Of a stretch of DNA of 64,000 bases, positions 61,325 to 64,000 are shown one piece after another; the stretch's first letter is position 1, and each line of letters starts with the position of its first letter. The stretch is taken from contig OZ024742.1 of the NCBI GenBank assembly GCA_964016885.1, positions 340,194,001-340,258,000 of the forward strand, read 5' to 3'. Made by a program: the position numbers and the translations under genes. The notes beneath the pieces are model-generated. The model worked only from the letters and a program-made list of their open reading frames with translations. It was not told where the DNA came from and ran no database searches. The DNA comes from Eledone cirrhosa (lineage: Eukaryota).

Positions 61325-62035
61325 GTATATATATATATATATATAGGTGTAACTATCTTTATTTATTTTTTTATACGAAATATTGATTGATTCTTCCTGT
61401 ATCTCATGTCTTTTATTTTGCCTGAGAAAATATTTATATGTATACTTAAATAATACGTACATATATTTATTTATTTTTTATTATCCAGTTGAGTTCTTAA
61501 CACGTGGTTTGGATTCCTAACAGGGTTTAATGACCTGCGTGTATATTATTTTATATTTTACGATAACCTCCCCTTCCCATTTGGGGACAGTGTGAGAATT
61601 TTTTTTTAAGGACTGCTGCACTTTCAAACTTAGCGGTTCTTCAAGCACTGACGGTGAATATCGCTGAATATTAATATCGATGTAGTTTTTTATATTTGTA
61701 TTGCTTAGGCATTCCACTGAAGAGCTATAAGAGCCCACTTGCACGTAAATCTGTTGATCATCTGCAAGCTTCTACATAACTTGGACTTTTTTCTCCCACC
61801 TTGTAGGAATCTTATAACGAAACGATCGTATGGAAAGTGAGATTTATTTAATTATGTCCCATATAAAATAATACAGCCGACTTTCCACATAATACAATAT
61901 AGTTAGCACCTCAACGTATAATTGGCAATATACTTAGGTATTTCCTAATCTTTGTCGAGTGAGATGGAAGTTGGTCGGAGTATCGCTAATAGCTTTCTCT
62001 GTTAATGTAATAAATATATATATATATATATATAT

Positions 62036-62229
62036 AGTTTTAATATAGATGAGATTCTACAGGACTAGAACTGTTTCATTCATTAGAAATCATCAGGAAA
62101 CACTGATGATTTCTAATGAATGAAACAGTTCTAGTCCTGTAGAATCTCATCTATATTAAAACTGTTATACTCTGCTATGTATTGAGTACCTTACTTACTG
62201 TGGTTACCTCCGATTCAACCCGGAATAAC

Positions 62230-62230
<1 letters not shown>
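62036..62230. mobile_element. Small foldback (61-bp arms, 6-nt loop) plus tail, in (TA)n
   Basis: Arms 62036-62096 and 62103-62163; each reads CTGATGA-TTTC TAAT GAAT-GAAA-CAGTTCTA-GTC. Confidence 0.85.
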
Positions 62231-62277
<47 letters not shown>

Positions 62278-62354
62278 GAGATGAGCAGACAAACAAACAT
62301 TAAACAATTCCTTTAAAAATTTAAAAAATGATTTAAATATCTACCTGTTCATAA

Positions 62355-62436
62355 TGCTATTACCGGCGGTTTCGCTTTACAAAAGATTAGAAATTCACAG
62401 AATTTCTAACGGAAAACCAAAGTTCATCAGATAGCT
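62355..62436 (-). ncRNA. Type I hammerhead ribozyme (mirror copy)
   Basis: Reverse complement of 62604-62685 with a few substitutions. Confidence 0.78.
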
Positions 62437-62603
62437 ATTTCCACTCTATAGGATCAGGTCCCACAGCCTGCAAATATATTGCCAACTACCATTTTATTAG
62501 CGGTAAGTTCACGTGCGGGCCACTTTAACGGCCATAAGTCATACGAGCTGGTAGTTGGCAATATATTTGGAGGCTGTGGGACTTGATCCTATAGAGTGGA
62601 AAT

Positions 62604-62685
62604 TGCTATCTGATGAACTTTGCTTTTCCGTTAGAAATTCTCTGAATTTCTTATCTTTTGTAAAGCGAAACCGCCGGTAATAGCA
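62604..62685 (+). ncRNA. Type I hammerhead ribozyme
   Basis: Stem I TGCTAT/ATAGCA; CTGATGA at 62610-62616; long stem II (CTTTGC/GTAAAG, AGAAATTC/GAATTTCT) with an A-C mismatch at its base; GAAA at 62667-62670; short stem III ACCG-C-CGGT; GUA cleavage predicted after 62679. Confidence 0.82.
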
Positions 62686-62864
62686 TTATGAACAGGTAGA
62701 TATTCAAATCATTTTTTTAATTTTTAAAGGAATTGTTTAATGTTTGTTTGTTCTGCTCATCTCAATTTTTATAGTTCTGGTATCTCAAATTAGTACCATT
62801 GAATTATATTATAGACACCCTATATATCTCTATGCGTACTTAGTACCCAGAGAGATATTTACCT

Positions 62865-62904
<40 letters not shown>

Positions 62905-63110
62905 TAAAATAACAGATTAAAGTTTAAGCAAAGAATCGTTGCTTTCACCCATCTACGGGATCTTCTGAAACTAACAAAGTCAATCTGTAAACGCAGAAGT
63001 GAATATTTCAAAAAACGTTGCAACCGGAGAAAGACAGGAAAACGATACTTTGGTTCGTGGAAACGTTCCCTGTCAAAGAACGGGAAAAAACGAATATAAT
63101 ACGTCATTAT

Positions 63111-63228
63111 TTGAGTTCAAATCCCGCCGAGGTTAACTTTGCCTTTCATCCTTCCGGGGTCGATAGAATAAAGTACCAGTAATGCATTGGGTAATTGCTG
63201 GCCTTGTGCCAAAAAGTAGAAACAATTA
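63111..63228 (+). mobile_element. 5'-truncated family-A SINE
   Basis: GAGTTCAAATCCCGCCGAGG...GGCCTTGTGCCAAAAAGTAGAAACAATT. Confidence 0.85.
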
Positions 63229-63229
63229 T

Positions 63230-64000
63230 GTAAAATCTCCCCATTTTGCCTATAGATTTTGCGTATAGATCGTAATATCCGTTAGGGTATAATGTGGGGC
63301 TGTAATACAGGAAAGTTGTGTGCAATTTATGTTTACAAGCCGCAATTGCCTCAGATTTTTTGTTTAACATGTGGTCTGTGGCGTAGAGTATTTCCAGGGC
63401 CTCAGCGGCGCAGAGGTCACATGGTCTTTTATTTCCGTTATACGATCTAGCCCTAGCTAGGATCTCCCAGTGTAACTTATATTGAGTGTGGTTGTCTTTT
63501 AGACTCCAGATATAAGCTGAAAGTGACGTCATATTCCTTCTTAGAGGGTAACGAAAAGAATGGGTATGCATGTAAAGACGCTGCTTGAATCTATTGGCGG
63601 TTAACCCTATATAGGCCCTACGGGACGTGGGTGTTTCAACCTTACATTTGTAGACAATGTTACTAGAGAGGCATTTCCCGGATAGGCGGCAATCAACCCG
63701 ATTCCTACAATTACAGTTAGTACTAACTACAGGGTTGCACGTGTTCCTACGGCTAGGTAGTTTAACTAAATTTGAAGCTGTGATGTTATGTGCAAGGTTA
63801 CGAGTCGTAGAGTAAGACATTTTAATAGTATTTCATATTAAAAATGTTACTATATTTATGTGTAGGGGGAAAATGCTTCGTAATAAGGGAAAGAAAGATT
63901 TTAGCTAATGGTGTGGCCACCTCCATATAATGCGTCGGGATCTATTTCTTCTAGGTCTATTCTCGTACTCTGTATATGCTACCATTACAGATTGACTTTG
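63230..64000 (-). mobile_element. Penelope-like element C-terminal part (GIY-YIG endonuclease), running off the window
   Basis: KIFLSLITKHFPPTHKYSNIF...MSYSTTRNL...CNCRNRVDCRLSGKCLSSNIVYKC...YIGLTANRFKQRLYMHTHSF...CDLCAAE...LNKKSE...CKH. Confidence 0.92.

Larger units (their letters stand above)
62274..62868. mobile_element. Foldback with ~218-bp arms, 57-bp spacer and ~100-bp tail, in (TA)n
   Basis: Arms 62274-62491 and 62549-62767 with a few mismatches; full hammerhead in each arm. Confidence 0.92.

Noticed and set aside
61500-61990. Possible decayed GIY-YIG on the minus strand
   Set aside because: Only a vague motif resemblance with stops; not supportable by eye.
63146-63228. C-terminal extension of the GIY-YIG ORF (YIIVSTFWHKASN...)
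   Set aside because: Read-through into an antisense family-A SINE.

Overview
Eukaryotic, very repeat-rich window with no prokaryotic features. The dense (TA)n/(CA)n/(TATC)n microsatellites and the SINE types suggest a coleoid cephalopod such as Octopus; that assignment is my inference. Most ORFs in the supplied track are translations of simple repeats. Supported content: two decayed near-full-length Tx1/L1-clade LINEs (CCHC ORF1 plus APE-RT ORF2) and fragments, each sitting between microsatellite tracts of one motif; three Penelope-like GIY-YIG fragments; an internally deleted Tc1/mariner with TIRs, a mariner HTH fragment and a MITE; RTE and RLE-type retroelement fragments; two tRNA-derived SINE families; a 4.3-kb 29-bp satellite that appears to have grown inside a SINE; and several minisatellites. 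The most notable signal is a set of sequence-unrelated, mostly (TA)n-flanked, asymmetric foldback elements, most of whose arms carry type I hammerhead-ribozyme cores on both strands. Only weak host-exon candidates are visible. All coordinates were read by eye and element ends are approximate.
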